In this document: positions 55,631-64,000 of the stretch, one piece after another
Layout of the letters: every line of letters starts with the position of its first letter
Position numbering within the stretch: the first letter of the stretch is position 1
Source of the DNA: Candidatus Pacearchaeota archaeon
GTDB taxonomy: Archaea > Nanobdellota > Nanobdellia > Pacearchaeales > GW2011-AR1
Length of the DNA stretch: 64,000 nucleotides
NCBI GenBank assembly: GCA_017609885.1
Contig: JAFCDB010000001.1
Location: forward strand, 6,732 to 70,731
Reading direction: 5' to 3'
The notes under the pieces: model-generated
Told to the model about the DNA's origin: nothing
The model's input: only the letters and a program-made list of their open reading frames with translations
The model's database searches: none
Translations under genes and position numbers: made by a program

Positions 55631-55646
55631 CCAAAAAACTTAAAAA
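55631..55646 (+). promoter_or_regulatory. Third copy of the CCAAAAAACTTAAAAA motif, with no ORF at the predicted TSS
   Basis: Identical to the 54846 copy; predicted TSS near 55668 lies in non-coding sequence. Confidence 0.3.
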
Positions 55647-55832
55647 TATTATTAATTCAACCTCAAAATAAAAAACATTAAAATAATTTCAAAACGCGAT
55701 ATTATTTTAAAGAATTTTTTAGTTTAAATATTTTTCTACAGATTTTTTATTTTAATCGGCTATAAAAAAGTTTAAAAAGGGAATATATTTATGAAAGATA
55801 TTAATCAAATAGATTAAACAAAGAGGTTTACA

Positions 55833-55943
55833 ATGTCAGAAATTGAATTAGAACAATTTAATGAGGAAATGGACGATGAAGAACTTTTAAAAGGTGGTAC
55901 AGAAGAGGTTGAGGATTTTCTTGATTTTGATGATGACGAATAA
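55833..55943 (+). CDS. Small (36 aa) extremely acidic ORF, doubtful
   Basis: My translation: MSEIELEQFNEEMDDEELLKGGTEEVEDFLDFDDDE. Confidence 0.2.
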   Translation: MSEIELEQFNEEMDDEELLKGGTEEVEDFLDFDDDE

Positions 55944-56008
55944 TTTTTTCTTTTTCTTTGTTTTTTTATTTACATTAATTATATAAATAATCTTTTTTTT
56001 GAAAAGAT

Positions 56009-57184
56009 ATGTTAATTGGATTAATTGGAAGGCCGAATGCAGGGAAGTCAACGTTTTTCAAGGCTGTAACTATGGCAGATGTTTTGATTGCGAATTATCC
56101 TTTTGCGACGATTAAGCCGAACACCGGAGTTGCTTATGTTAAAATTCCTGATTTGGCTGCGGAGTTTGGGAAAGTATCTGAACCTCGGGAAGGTTATGTA
56201 AAAAATAAGTGGAGGTTTGTTGGTTTTGAATTGATGGATGTTGCAGGATTAGTGGAAGGAGCTAGTGAGGGCAAAGGATTAGGAAATGAATTTCTAAATG
56301 ATTTGGCAAATGCAAATGCATTTATTCACGTTGTTGATATGTCTGGGGAAAGTGACGGGGAAGGCAAACCTACAGAAAATTATGATCCTTGTTTGGATAT
56401 TAAAATTATTGAAAGAGAATTGGATTTATGGTATCTTGGAATTTTTAAAAAAGTGTGGAGAACTTTTTCGCGGACAGTTGAAGCTAAGAAAAAAAATTTT
56501 GCCGAGGCTGTTGCGCGGCAATTTTCTGGATTAAAAGTTAGTGAAGGAGATGTAAAGGAAGTTGTTTTGAAAAGTGGGTTAGATGTTGAGCATCCAGCGA
56601 AGTGGAGAGAAGATGAAATACTGAAGTTTGCGTCTATGTTAAGGAAAATTTCAAAGCCAATGATAATTGCGGCGAACAAAGTTGATCGTCCTAATGGAAA
56701 GGAAAATTTTGAAAAGGTGAAAGAAGAATTTGATTACCCTATTGTTGCGTGTTTTGCAGAGGGGGAATTGGCTTTGAAAGAGGCTGATAAGCATGGGTTG
56801 ATAAATTATGTTCCTGGAGAAAAAGATTTTAAAGTTTTGAAAAAGGGGAGTGAAAAACAGTCGGAGGGGTTGAAAGTGATTAAAAAAGTTATGAGGGAGT
56901 TTAAGGGAACCGGGGTGCAATCAGTTCTTGATAAAGTTGTATTTGATGTTTTAAATTATATTACTGTTTATCCTGCTGGTTCTAAACTTGTTGATTCGCA
57001 GGGACGGGTTTTGCCTGATTGTTTTTTAATGCCTTCTGGTTCGACTGCGTTAGATTTTGCTTTTAGATTGCATAGTGACATTGGGAATGGTTTTGTTAAA
57101 GCAATTGATATTAAGACGAAAAGAGCTGTGGGCAAGGATTATGTTTTGAAGCAAGGGGATGGTTTAGAGATTATGGTGAGATGA
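56009..57184 (+). CDS. ychF: YchF/Ola1-type Obg-family GTPase/ATPase with C-terminal TGS domain
   Basis: G1 GLIGRPNAGKSTFF, then ANYPFATIKPNTGVAYV (YchF-specific), DVAGLVEGASEGKGLGNEFL (G3), helical insertion, C-terminal TGS. Confidence 0.7.
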   Translation: MLIGLIGRPNAGKSTFFKAVTMADVLIANYPFATIKPNTGVAYVKIPDLAAEFGKVSEPREGYVKNKWRFVGFELMDVAGLVEGASEGKGLGNEFLNDLANANAFIHVVDMSGESDGEGKPTENYDPCLDIKIIERELDLWYLGIFKKVWRTFSRTVEAKKKNFAEAVARQFSGLKVSEGDVKEVVLKSGLDVEHPAKWREDEILKFASMLRKISKPMIIAANKVDRPNGKENFEKVKEEFDYPIVACFAEGELALKEADKHGLINYVPGEKDFKVLKKGSEKQSEGLKVIKKVMREFKGTGVQSVLDKVVFDVLNYITVYPAGSKLVDSQGRVLPDCFLMPSGSTALDFAFRLHSDIGNGFVKAIDIKTKRAVGKDYVLKQGDGLEIMVR

Positions 57185-57188
57185 AAAG

Positions 57189-57297
57189 GGCTTTGGTGAA
57201 ATCATAGGATATATAACATTTTTCTCAATTTAAAATCTACATTGCGAGACAAATCACGTCGAGCAATGCTGGGCGGGCGGGTAGGGAATTGAGAAAA
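57189..57297. repeat. 109-bp perfect direct repeat, copy 2 (starts 4 nt after the ychF stop)
   Basis: Identical to 53888-53996. Confidence 0.9.
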
Positions 57298-57356
57298 ATG
57301 TCCAAAGCCATGAAAAGAAGCATATAAATATTTAAAAAAGTTCTTTTAGTAGATTT

Positions 57357-57788
57357 TTGATGTTAAGGAAACGGATTGGTGAGAAAGAAACTGCTGAAGA
57401 TTTAGATTTGATTAAGAGACTTTATGATGCTATTGTAAGAGAAGGTCTTAATCCTTGTTCGGAAGTTTCGGAGATAGTTGATAGTTTGAAGGAAAAGCGA
57501 TGTTTTCATGAGAAATGTAAGACTCTGCATTTGCCAATGGGTGATGGAATGGCAGCTATTAAGCTTTCGAGATATGTATATTATGATCTTGGGGGAAATG
57601 CAGAGAATTTAAATGAAAAAATTCATATGTCGCTTTCAGGTATGACTTTTGGAGAGAGGCAAAGAATGGAGAAAGTGGTGGGAAAAGGGAAATTTTATTT
57701 ACCTGATACAAGAAAGGCTAATTGGGAGTGCGCGGTTATTGATATGGTAGATAAAGTGAACTATCATTATGGAAACTCTTTGGAATAA
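57357..57788 (+). CDS. Hypothetical protein
   Basis: 143-aa ORF. Confidence 0.35.
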   Translation: MMLRKRIGEKETAEDLDLIKRLYDAIVREGLNPCSEVSEIVDSLKEKRCFHEKCKTLHLPMGDGMAAIKLSRYVYYDLGGNAENLNEKIHMSLSGMTFGERQRMEKVVGKGKFYLPDTRKANWECAVIDMVDKVNYHYGNSLE

Positions 57789-57822
57789 TTATGTTTAAAT
57801 AATCTTAATTTTTTAATTTGTA

Positions 57823-58224
57823 ATGCCAATAAAATATCAACATGCCCCAGATTTAAATGAAAAAGCACGCGAGATTTGCAAAGTTCTTTTTCCACATGTT
57901 CGCGTTGATTCAATTTCGTGCATTCGAAGTTTTGGGAGTAAGTCGAGGAGAACAATTGCGCGGTGCCATGCGCTTGGGAAGGTGATGCAACTTGGAATGG
58001 GAACAAAGGCGTTTTATACAATTGAGTTTTTGTCTGAAAGATTTGATAAAATGTCTGAAGAGGAACAATTGAAGGTGATTATTCATGAGCTGATGCATAT
58101 TCCGAAAAGTTTTGGAGGTGGGTTTAAGCATCATGATTTTGTGAATGATAAAAATATTGAAGCGCATTATAAAACTTATTTGAGGTTGAAGGATGGAAAT
58201 AAAAATTGGTTTGAAAAAAATTGA
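57823..58224 (+). CDS. SprT/WLM-like zinc metallopeptidase (HExxH)
   Basis: QLKVIIHELMHIP HExxH motif in a ~130-aa protein. Confidence 0.45.
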   Translation: MPIKYQHAPDLNEKAREICKVLFPHVRVDSISCIRSFGSKSRRTIARCHALGKVMQLGMGTKAFYTIEFLSERFDKMSEEEQLKVIIHELMHIPKSFGGGFKHHDFVNDKNIEAHYKTYLRLKDGNKNWFEKN

Positions 58225-58501
58225 ATTTAATGTAAAAAAATCCCGCGGGATAAAAGGACTGATGTTTTGTCAAAGGGAAAATGCTGATGCTTTAGTTTTT
58301 AAAAGTCAAGGAGCTATTCATTCTTGTTTTGTTTTTTTTGATTTTTTGGTTTTGTGGTTGGACTCGGAGAATCGGGTTGTGGATTATAAGATTGTTAAGC
58401 CATGGAATCTGTGTGAGAAGAGTGGGAAAAAATTTGATAAAATTTTAGAGATTCCCATTAATCAACGGTATGAAGAGGTTATTGGGGAAATTTTGTCGTA
58501 G
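58193..58501 (+). CDS. DUF192-family protein
   Basis: RGIKGLMFCQRENADALVF...FFDFLVLWLDSENRVVDYKIVKPW fits DUF192 (GLMgR ... flD..fld.dg.Vv). Confidence 0.45.
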   Translation: MEIKIGLKKIEFNVKKSRGIKGLMFCQRENADALVFKSQGAIHSCFVFFDFLVLWLDSENRVVDYKIVKPWNLCEKSGKKFDKILEIPINQRYEEVIGEILS

Positions 58502-58579
58502 AAAGGACGTTTACCGACGGGAGAAAAGTTTAAAAAGAAAGATGCCGTCGATATTGGATAATTAAAAGGAGGTAAGCAA

Positions 58580-58768
58580 ATGGGAAAAATTGTAAAGAAA
58601 AATGTTGTGAAGAGAAAGCCTGGTCACCTTTACTATGTCGACGGTAAGGGAAATGTTTGCGAGGCTAAGATGGCTCGCGGCGGACGAAAGAAAAAGAAAG
58701 CGGCAAAGAAAAAGCCAGCAAAGAAAAAGCCAGCAAAGAAAAAGCCAGCAAAGAAAAAGAAAAGATAA
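58580..58768 (+). CDS. Small basic protein with (AKKKP)x3 tail; possible nucleoid/RNA-binding protein
   Basis: 62 aa; GGAGG SD 6 nt upstream; tail encoded by a 15-nt tandem DNA repeat (AAAGAAAAAGCCAGC ×3, 58705-58749). Confidence 0.4.
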   Translation: MGKIVKKNVVKRKPGHLYYVDGKGNVCEAKMARGGRKKKKAAKKKPAKKKPAKKKPAKKKKR

Positions 58769-58805
58769 TTTTTTATTTTTAATTTAGTTTTTCTTTTTTC
58801 TTTTT

Positions 58806-59168
58806 TTATTCCCATTCTCCCCTATTTCTTTCGTTGAATAATCTTCCGCAAACAAGTTCGTTTTCAAGGTCGCGAAGTTTCAGTCTTAATTGAATTCTTT
58901 TTTTGATTTTAAGGTCGCTGTAAACTTGAAACCAAGTTTTTAGTTCAGTGTAGAAAATTGTTCGAGAATTTTGCATGTTAATAAGTTGACTTAAGTCTCC
59001 GAAAACATAGGCGCGACTTTTATTTCCATCAGGGATGGGTTCCCCCCATCGAATGTATGTCCTTTTATGACTTGTAATAATTTTGAATGAATATTTTAAA
59101 ATCTTCTGTTCTTTGTCTGATGCTGTTTGAATGATAGGAGTCTTTAACAGTATCTGCTGCTTTTTCAA
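58806..59168 (-). CDS. Hypothetical protein (third gene of a three-ORF overlapping mini-operon)
   Basis: 120-aa ORF overlapping the upstream 80-aa ORF by 104 nt; true start uncertain. Confidence 0.3.
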   Translation of the reverse strand: MKKQQILLKTPIIQTASDKEQKILKYSFKIITSHKRTYIRWGEPIPDGNKSRAYVFGDLSQLINMQNSRTIFYTELKTWFQVYSDLKIKKRIQLRLKLRDLENELVCGRLFNERNRGEWE

Positions 59169-59307
59169 AGTCCTGTGCTAATTGTTCAAGTTGTTCTCGA
59201 GTAAATGATTCTGGTAGTGATTTGTTTTCTAGATTGAGTTTTCGCATTTCTCTTAATAATAGAGTGGTCGTTACATCGTCACTAAGATAAAAAGAATGAT
59301 TATCCAT
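59065..59307 (-). CDS. Hypothetical small protein
   Basis: 80-aa ORF; its ATG overlaps the stop of a 49-aa upstream ORF in TAATG. Confidence 0.3.
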   Translation of the reverse strand: MDNHSFYLSDDVTTTLLLREMRKLNLENKSLPESFTREQLEQLAQDFEKAADTVKDSYHSNSIRQRTEDFKIFIQNYYKS

Positions 59308-59453
59308 TAAATCTCTCCTGAATTTTTGTCTAATTTTTCAAAGTCTTCGTAAAATCTTTTAATATGAACTTTAGCTGTAGATTCATATTTTGAAATTTTT
59401 TCTGTATTTGATTGAGCGTAGGTTCTTTGTTTTTTTCTTAATAATCCTATCAT
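59308..59453 (-). CDS. Small ORF (49 aa), translationally coupled to the 80-aa ORF; below the ORF-track threshold
   Basis: My translation: MIGLLRKKQRTYAQSNTEKISKYESTAKVHIKRFYEDFEKLDKNSGEI. Confidence 0.2.
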
Positions 59454-59480
59454 TATTTTTTTAATGAAAACTTATTTATA

Positions 59481-60482
59481 ATGTTTATTGTAGTATATTT
59501 TATGGCAACAATATTAGGAATTGAAAGCACAGCTCATACTTTTGGAGTTGGTGTTGTGAAAAATGGAAAAGTCTTGTCGAATGTTCGAGATAGTTTTACA
59601 ACTAAAAAAGGCGGTTTGATTCCAATTGAAGTTGCGAAACATCATCATGAAGTTTGTGATTCTGTATTAGATAATGCTTTGAAAGAGGCAGGGATTTCTT
59701 TGGAGGAAATTGAGGGAGTTGCATTTTCGCAGGGGCCTGGACTTGCGCCTTGTTTGAAAGAAGGAATGAAATTTGCAAAAAAATTAGCTGGGAAATTGAA
59801 AGTTCCTTTAATTTCTGTGAATCATTGTGTTGCGCATTTGGAAATTGGGAAAATTGTTGGGGCGCAGGATCCTGTTATGCTTTATGCGTCTGGGGCAAAT
59901 ACACAAGTAATTGCTTATGCTGCTGGGAAGTATCGGGTTTTTGGGGAAACTTTGGATTTGGGGGTTGGGAATTTTATTGATACTTTTGCGCGGTTTGCAA
60001 GATTGGGTTTTCCTGGGGGACCAAAGATTGCAGAGTTGGCTGAGAAGTCAAAGAATTATATTGAATTACCTTATTCTATTAAGGGAATGGATATTAGTTT
60101 TTCTGGAATGCAAACAAAGCTTCGGCAGCTTTTGGATAAGGGAGAGAAATTAGAAGATTTGAGTTTTAGTTTGCAGGAGACAACTTTTGCAATGCTGGTG
60201 GAGGCAGTTGAGCGGGCTATGGCGCATACTGAGAAAAAAGAATTGTTAATAGGGGGTGGTGTAAGTTGCAATACGCGGTTGAAGGAAATGTGCGAGATAA
60301 TGTGTAGGGAAAGAGGGGCAAAGTTTTTTTGTCCTGAAAATTCGTTGCTTGTGGATAATGGGGCAATGATTGCTTATCTTGGAGAAATAATGTTTGAAAA
60401 AAAGATTTTTGAAAAAGATTTTGAGAAAGTTGATTTTTTGCCGAGGCAGAGAACTGATGATGTTGAAGTTAGGTGGAAATAA
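59481..60482 (+). CDS. kae1: Kae1 (tRNA N6-adenosine threonylcarbamoyltransferase, KEOPS catalytic subunit), not fused to Bud32
   Basis: ILGIESTAHTFGVGVV N-terminus, HH..VC metal-site (HHHEVCD), 333 aa. Confidence 0.85.
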   Translation: MFIVVYFMATILGIESTAHTFGVGVVKNGKVLSNVRDSFTTKKGGLIPIEVAKHHHEVCDSVLDNALKEAGISLEEIEGVAFSQGPGLAPCLKEGMKFAKKLAGKLKVPLISVNHCVAHLEIGKIVGAQDPVMLYASGANTQVIAYAAGKYRVFGETLDLGVGNFIDTFARFARLGFPGGPKIAELAEKSKNYIELPYSIKGMDISFSGMQTKLRQLLDKGEKLEDLSFSLQETTFAMLVEAVERAMAHTEKKELLIGGGVSCNTRLKEMCEIMCRERGAKFFCPENSLLVDNGAMIAYLGEIMFEKKIFEKDFEKVDFLPRQRTDDVEVRWK

Positions 60483-60485
60483 ATA

Positions 60486-61040
60486 TTAAAATTCAACATC
60501 CGGCATCTTTCTTTCTGCCTCTTTTATTTCCAAATAAGGACGGGTCTTTATTCCATACAAGCTCGCAAACAATTTCCCAGGGAAAACTTTTCTTGAATTA
60601 TTATACGACAAAATACTATCATTGTAAAATTGTCTTGAATATGCAACTTTGTCTTCGATTGCTGAAAGTTCCTGTTGTAAATGCAGAAAGTTTTGATTCG
60701 CTTTTAAATCAGGATAATTTTCCGCAAGTGCAAAAATTGATTTCAAGGCATTTTGTAACTGGTCTCCTGCCTTCACCTTTGCAGAAAGATTTTTCGCAGA
60801 AAGCATTTCCTTTCTTGCCTTTGTAACATCTGCAATAATTTCCTTCTCGTGTTTTGCATATGCTTTAACTGTTTTTACCAAATTCGGCACAAGGTCTGCC
60901 CGCTTTTTCAACTGAACATCAATCTGCGCCAGGGAATTGTCAATCCGGTTCCCCAAAACAATAAATTTGTTGTAATAAAAAATAAACGCAATCCCAATTA
61001 CCGCTACAATTACTATCGCCAAAACTATCAGCCACATCAT
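60486..61040 (-). CDS. lemA: LemA-family membrane protein
   Basis: N-terminal TM then YNKFIVLGNRIDNSLAQIDVQLKKRADLVPNLV LemA signature. Confidence 0.75.
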   Translation of the reverse strand: MMWLIVLAIVIVAVIGIAFIFYYNKFIVLGNRIDNSLAQIDVQLKKRADLVPNLVKTVKAYAKHEKEIIADVTKARKEMLSAKNLSAKVKAGDQLQNALKSIFALAENYPDLKANQNFLHLQQELSAIEDKVAYSRQFYNDSILSYNNSRKVFPGKLFASLYGIKTRPYLEIKEAERKMPDVEF

Positions 61041-61079
61041 GAATTTCTTAGGATAATTGGTTTTTTAAATTTATTGATT

Positions 61080-62492
61080 TTAAAAATCCTCTTCAATTTT
61101 TCTCTTCCTCTCCTCAGGTTCATTAATGAAAAAAACTTTGTTTGATTTTGCCTTATTAATTTTTCCCTGAATTTCATAAATCCCTGTTGCAGAAGGAAGC
61201 TCAAATTTTCCAATCACCTTTAGTTTTGAATAAAAAAGATAATTCAGAATTCTTTCTTCTCCCTGAGCCAGATGCGGAAAGTCCCATCTTAATCTTCCTG
61301 TATTTTCCTCAATTTCCGTCGGCTCCTGCCCATACTGCTTGTAAAGTTTTGCCATTGCAGGAAGCCTATCATAAACACTTACTTTTTCCATAAATTTTTT
61401 CGCTCTAATTTTTATTCTAACTTTCAGGGCAAAATCTCCTGATTTCGTTTTCATAAAAGAAACGCTTTTCTTCACAACAAGATGTTGTGTGTAGTATTTA
61501 TTAATTAAAAAAACAATTACAACAATTGCCAAAACCAAAAGAAAAGGAAAAATCCAATTTGTTGTTGCTGTCACCTCAAGGGATTGGCTTGGACTCAGCT
61601 CTCTTTGCCAGGAATATGTTACAAAAATTCCATTTCTCTCGATTTTCTGTGGCTCAACTGAAAAAGTTGTAAACAATCTTGAGATAATATTTTTCTTCAA
61701 GCTTATGTCTGCAACCATCGGCACATTTCCCTGGTTTATTTTTTCCAAAATTGTTTTTCTAATGAATATTCCTTTTTTATCTTCTATAAATGACAATCCT
61801 GTTTTCTCAACAATTCGGACAATCCCTTTAATTGTAATTTCTTTTTCATTTAATCTAAGTTTCGCAGAAATTTCATAATCTCCGAAGACAAGTTCCTTTA
61901 ATTTGTCATTCAGAGGAATTTCAAAACTTTTCTTTTCATACGGCTCCAAAGCAAACTCTCTTTGATAATCATCGAAAAAACTTGATGAAAAAATTACTTC
62001 AATATTTTCATATTCAATATTTTCAAGATTATAGAAATTTACTTTCGCAAATTCAGAATTTAGAGTTACGCTTTCTGCCCCAACACTAAACGCACTTTCA
62101 AAACTAATCACCTCAACATCAATTTCAGCTTCCTGAGTTTCTGCACTATCTTTAACCCTAAAAAACACCGGGACAAATACATGCCCATCATTTTCCCTCA
62201 TTGAATCAATTGGCAAAAACTCTATTCTAAAAGTTTCTGTTTCTCCCTTAGATAAACTAAATTCCTCAACTGAAATTTCAAATCTCTCAAAAATATAAAT
62301 CTCAAAATCCCCTGAATCTTGGTTGTTTGTCACAGTAAATTCAAAAATCGCAGGAATATCATGATTGTTAATAATTGTATCAACAATTGGCTGAGGGGTT
62401 ATTGTAAGATTTATAGCAGAGCTAAATTGAATTAAAAATACAATTAAGAAAAACAAAACTCCAGGGAATAGTCCTCTTTTCAAATTCATCAA
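61080..62492 (-). CDS. Secreted, C-terminally TM-anchored hypothetical protein (co-directional with lemA)
   Basis: 470 aa; signal peptide LFPGVLFFLIVFLIQFSSA; TM WIFPFLLVLAIVVIVFLI near residue 330. Confidence 0.45.
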   Translation of the reverse strand: MMNLKRGLFPGVLFFLIVFLIQFSSAINLTITPQPIVDTIINNHDIPAIFEFTVTNNQDSGDFEIYIFERFEISVEEFSLSKGETETFRIEFLPIDSMRENDGHVFVPVFFRVKDSAETQEAEIDVEVISFESAFSVGAESVTLNSEFAKVNFYNLENIEYENIEVIFSSSFFDDYQREFALEPYEKKSFEIPLNDKLKELVFGDYEISAKLRLNEKEITIKGIVRIVEKTGLSFIEDKKGIFIRKTILEKINQGNVPMVADISLKKNIISRLFTTFSVEPQKIERNGIFVTYSWQRELSPSQSLEVTATTNWIFPFLLVLAIVVIVFLINKYYTQHLVVKKSVSFMKTKSGDFALKVRIKIRAKKFMEKVSVYDRLPAMAKLYKQYGQEPTEIEENTGRLRWDFPHLAQGEERILNYLFYSKLKVIGKFELPSATGIYEIQGKINKAKSNKVFFINEPEERKRKIEEDF

Positions 62493-62534
62493 AAAGTAAA
62501 ACCCGTTGCATATATAAAGATTTTGATGATTAAG

Positions 62535-63056
62535 TTATTTCATCCCCTCAATTGTTAAAAAAGCTTTGATTTGTTCAGCCAAATCCTCCATATCTCCAAA
62601 AAGTTTCGTTTCATAACCTTCCCAAGTCCCTTTAATTATATACCTGTCATAAACTCCCCTTAAAAATTTCATCATTGGACTCTTATCCCACTTCCCTTGA
62701 TAATCTCGAATAAGACTCCCATCAATTTTAACCTCAAAACTTCCATCATTCATTTTTTCCCGCTTACCATTTTTCTCAACCTCAACATTCTTCAGACCAA
62801 GAATCCTCCAACCCAATTTCATCTCATTCTTAAAATAATCAGAAACTTCCTTCGTCGCCTTCCACTTAATTTCAATATCTTTAGATTCTCCCTTAACTGT
62901 CTCAATATACTTTAACTCCTCAACATCATAATTTTCCTCTGTTAACCAACGGTAAATAAATTGATAAGTATCTTTGAAGTTAAAAATTCCCGATCTCTTT
63001 ACTTTTTCAGTTGTGATTTTATCCTTTTCAGCCATGATATAATCAAATAACAACAA
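62535..63056 (-). CDS. Hypothetical protein
   Basis: 173-aa ORF. Confidence 0.4.
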   Translation of the reverse strand: MLLFDYIMAEKDKITTEKVKRSGIFNFKDTYQFIYRWLTEENYDVEELKYIETVKGESKDIEIKWKATKEVSDYFKNEMKLGWRILGLKNVEVEKNGKREKMNDGSFEVKIDGSLIRDYQGKWDKSPMMKFLRGVYDRYIIKGTWEGYETKLFGDMEDLAEQIKAFLTIEGMK

Positions 63057-63143
63057 TATTTAAATATTACTAAAACTTCAAAAATCAAATACTCCTCAAG
63101 AGTTAATAGAAGTATATTTAAATAATTCGAACCTAAAAATAAA

Positions 63144-63707
63144 ATGACAGAAAAGATAAGAGTCGGGGATGTGATGACGCGGAATTTTATTAATTTGAAA
63201 TCTGATTGTTCGATAATTGATTGCGCAAGGACGATGATAAAAAAAAGAGTTGGAAGTATTGTTATTAAAGAGGGCGACGAAATAAAAGGAATTCTTACTG
63301 AAAAAGATATTGTTTGGGCTTTGTCAAAGAAAAAAGGCAGGGACCTAAATGAAATACAAGCAAAAGACATTGCAACAAAAAAAATAATATCAATCCGCCC
63401 AGAAGCAAGTCTTGATGAAGCATTCCAAAAAATGAAAAAGAAAAAAGTGAGAAGACTGCCTGTAATGTCAAATAAGAAAATAATTGGCTATATTACCCAA
63501 AAAGATATGCTGAGATTTAGGCCTGCATTGCTTGAATCAATTAAAGAATCTGGAAGAATTAGAGAGGAATGGGGAAAGATAAAAAGGAGCAAGTCGGCGA
63601 TAAAAGGAGAATTTATAGAAGCGCCTTGCGAAGACTGTGGTAATTTTGATATTCTTGAGGAAATTGACGGGCAAATGCTTTGTGAGCCTTGCAAGGAGGC
63701 AATGTAA
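63144..63707 (+). CDS. CBS-domain pair protein with C-terminal zinc ribbon
   Basis: Two CBS repeats (VGDVMTRNFINL..., PVMSNKKIIGYITQKDML) and CEDCGNFDILEEIDGQMLCEPC. Confidence 0.7.
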   Translation: MTEKIRVGDVMTRNFINLKSDCSIIDCARTMIKKRVGSIVIKEGDEIKGILTEKDIVWALSKKKGRDLNEIQAKDIATKKIISIRPEASLDEAFQKMKKKKVRRLPVMSNKKIIGYITQKDMLRFRPALLESIKESGRIREEWGKIKRSKSAIKGEFIEAPCEDCGNFDILEEIDGQMLCEPCKEAM

Positions 63708-63901
63708 TGGCAATCAAAATAATCATTGCAACAATTGCAGTGCTTGCATTACTTGAGGGGTTATTTGCAATAGTTGCTCCTAACCAAATAAAAATTATGT
63801 TAAAATTTTTTACAAAAAAGAAAATATCTTATTTTAGGAAAGTTGGTTTAATTGAGCTGATTATTGCAGCTGTTGTTTTAGTTATTGTTTATTTTGTTTA
63901 G
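63689..63901 (+). CDS. Small two-TM membrane protein
   Basis: 70-aa hydrophobic ORF overlapping the upstream gene by 19 nt. Confidence 0.3.
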   Translation: MQGGNVMAIKIIIATIAVLALLEGLFAIVAPNQIKIMLKFFTKKKISYFRKVGLIELIIAAVVLVIVYFV

Positions 63902-64000
63902 ATGCGCGGGCCGGTGCTCCCAATTCCGCTCGCCTCTTTAAACCATTGTGACTCCCACTCGCGAAATTGCTCATCGTTGGTCACTTTGTTCTCCGTCGTC
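63902..64000. repeat. Partial third copy (C) of the intergenic repeat family, running off the window
   Basis: TGCTCCCAATTCCGCTCGCC and ACTCGCGAAATTGCTC blocks match copy B; noticeably GC-richer than the flanks. Confidence 0.4.

Noticed and set aside
58702-58750. 15-nt triple tandem repeat considered as a CRISPR/minisatellite
   Set aside because: It is in-frame coding sequence, (AKKKP)x3 of the 62-aa basic protein. No spacers and no other CRISPR-like arrays in the window.

Overview
AT-rich (about 30% GC by eye), gene-dense window from an archaeal genome, most likely a small-genome DPANN-type archaeon. The evidence is: archaeal informational genes (exosome Rrp4/Rrp41/Rrp42, SBDS and proteasome-alpha superoperon; RNAP subunits E-prime and K; S24e/S27ae; Elp3, Kae1, RadB, Hjc-like, Pop5-like), archaeal-type class-III signal peptide pilin, intron-containing tRNAs, and leaderless BRE/TATA promoters placed about 26 nt before start codons. 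Core content: five aminoacyl-tRNA synthetases (TrpRS, ThrRS catalytic-only, GluRS, class-II LysRS), topoisomerase IA, enolase, rubrerythrin, and wyosine genes Taw1 and Taw3. Superimposed is an accessory layer: four RelE/ParE-type toxin-antitoxin modules; PIN proteins; many Cys-rich membrane-anchored surface proteins next to a DsbD/CcdA plus thioredoxin-like pair; and several bacterial-flavoured genes (sigma-70-like protein, NrdR-NrdJ-Dut-ThyA block, DisA-like diadenylate cyclase, LemA). Structural signals not explained by genes: (i) a 53-bp perfect direct repeat duplicating the thrS 3' end around an inserted DUF4258/YgiT TA cassette; (ii) a 109-bp perfect direct repeat bracketing a 3.3-kb segment that carries an intron-bearing tRNA, a RelE TA pair, a YchF-like GTPase and a thrice-repeated promoter motif; (iii) a tRNA-Lys with a 15-nt 3'-end duplicate 120 bp downstream (att-like scar) at the edge of the dNTP-metabolism block; (iv) a divergent ~250-bp intergenic repeat family with three copies. 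No rRNA, no CRISPR array and no recognisable integrase or transposase ORFs were seen.
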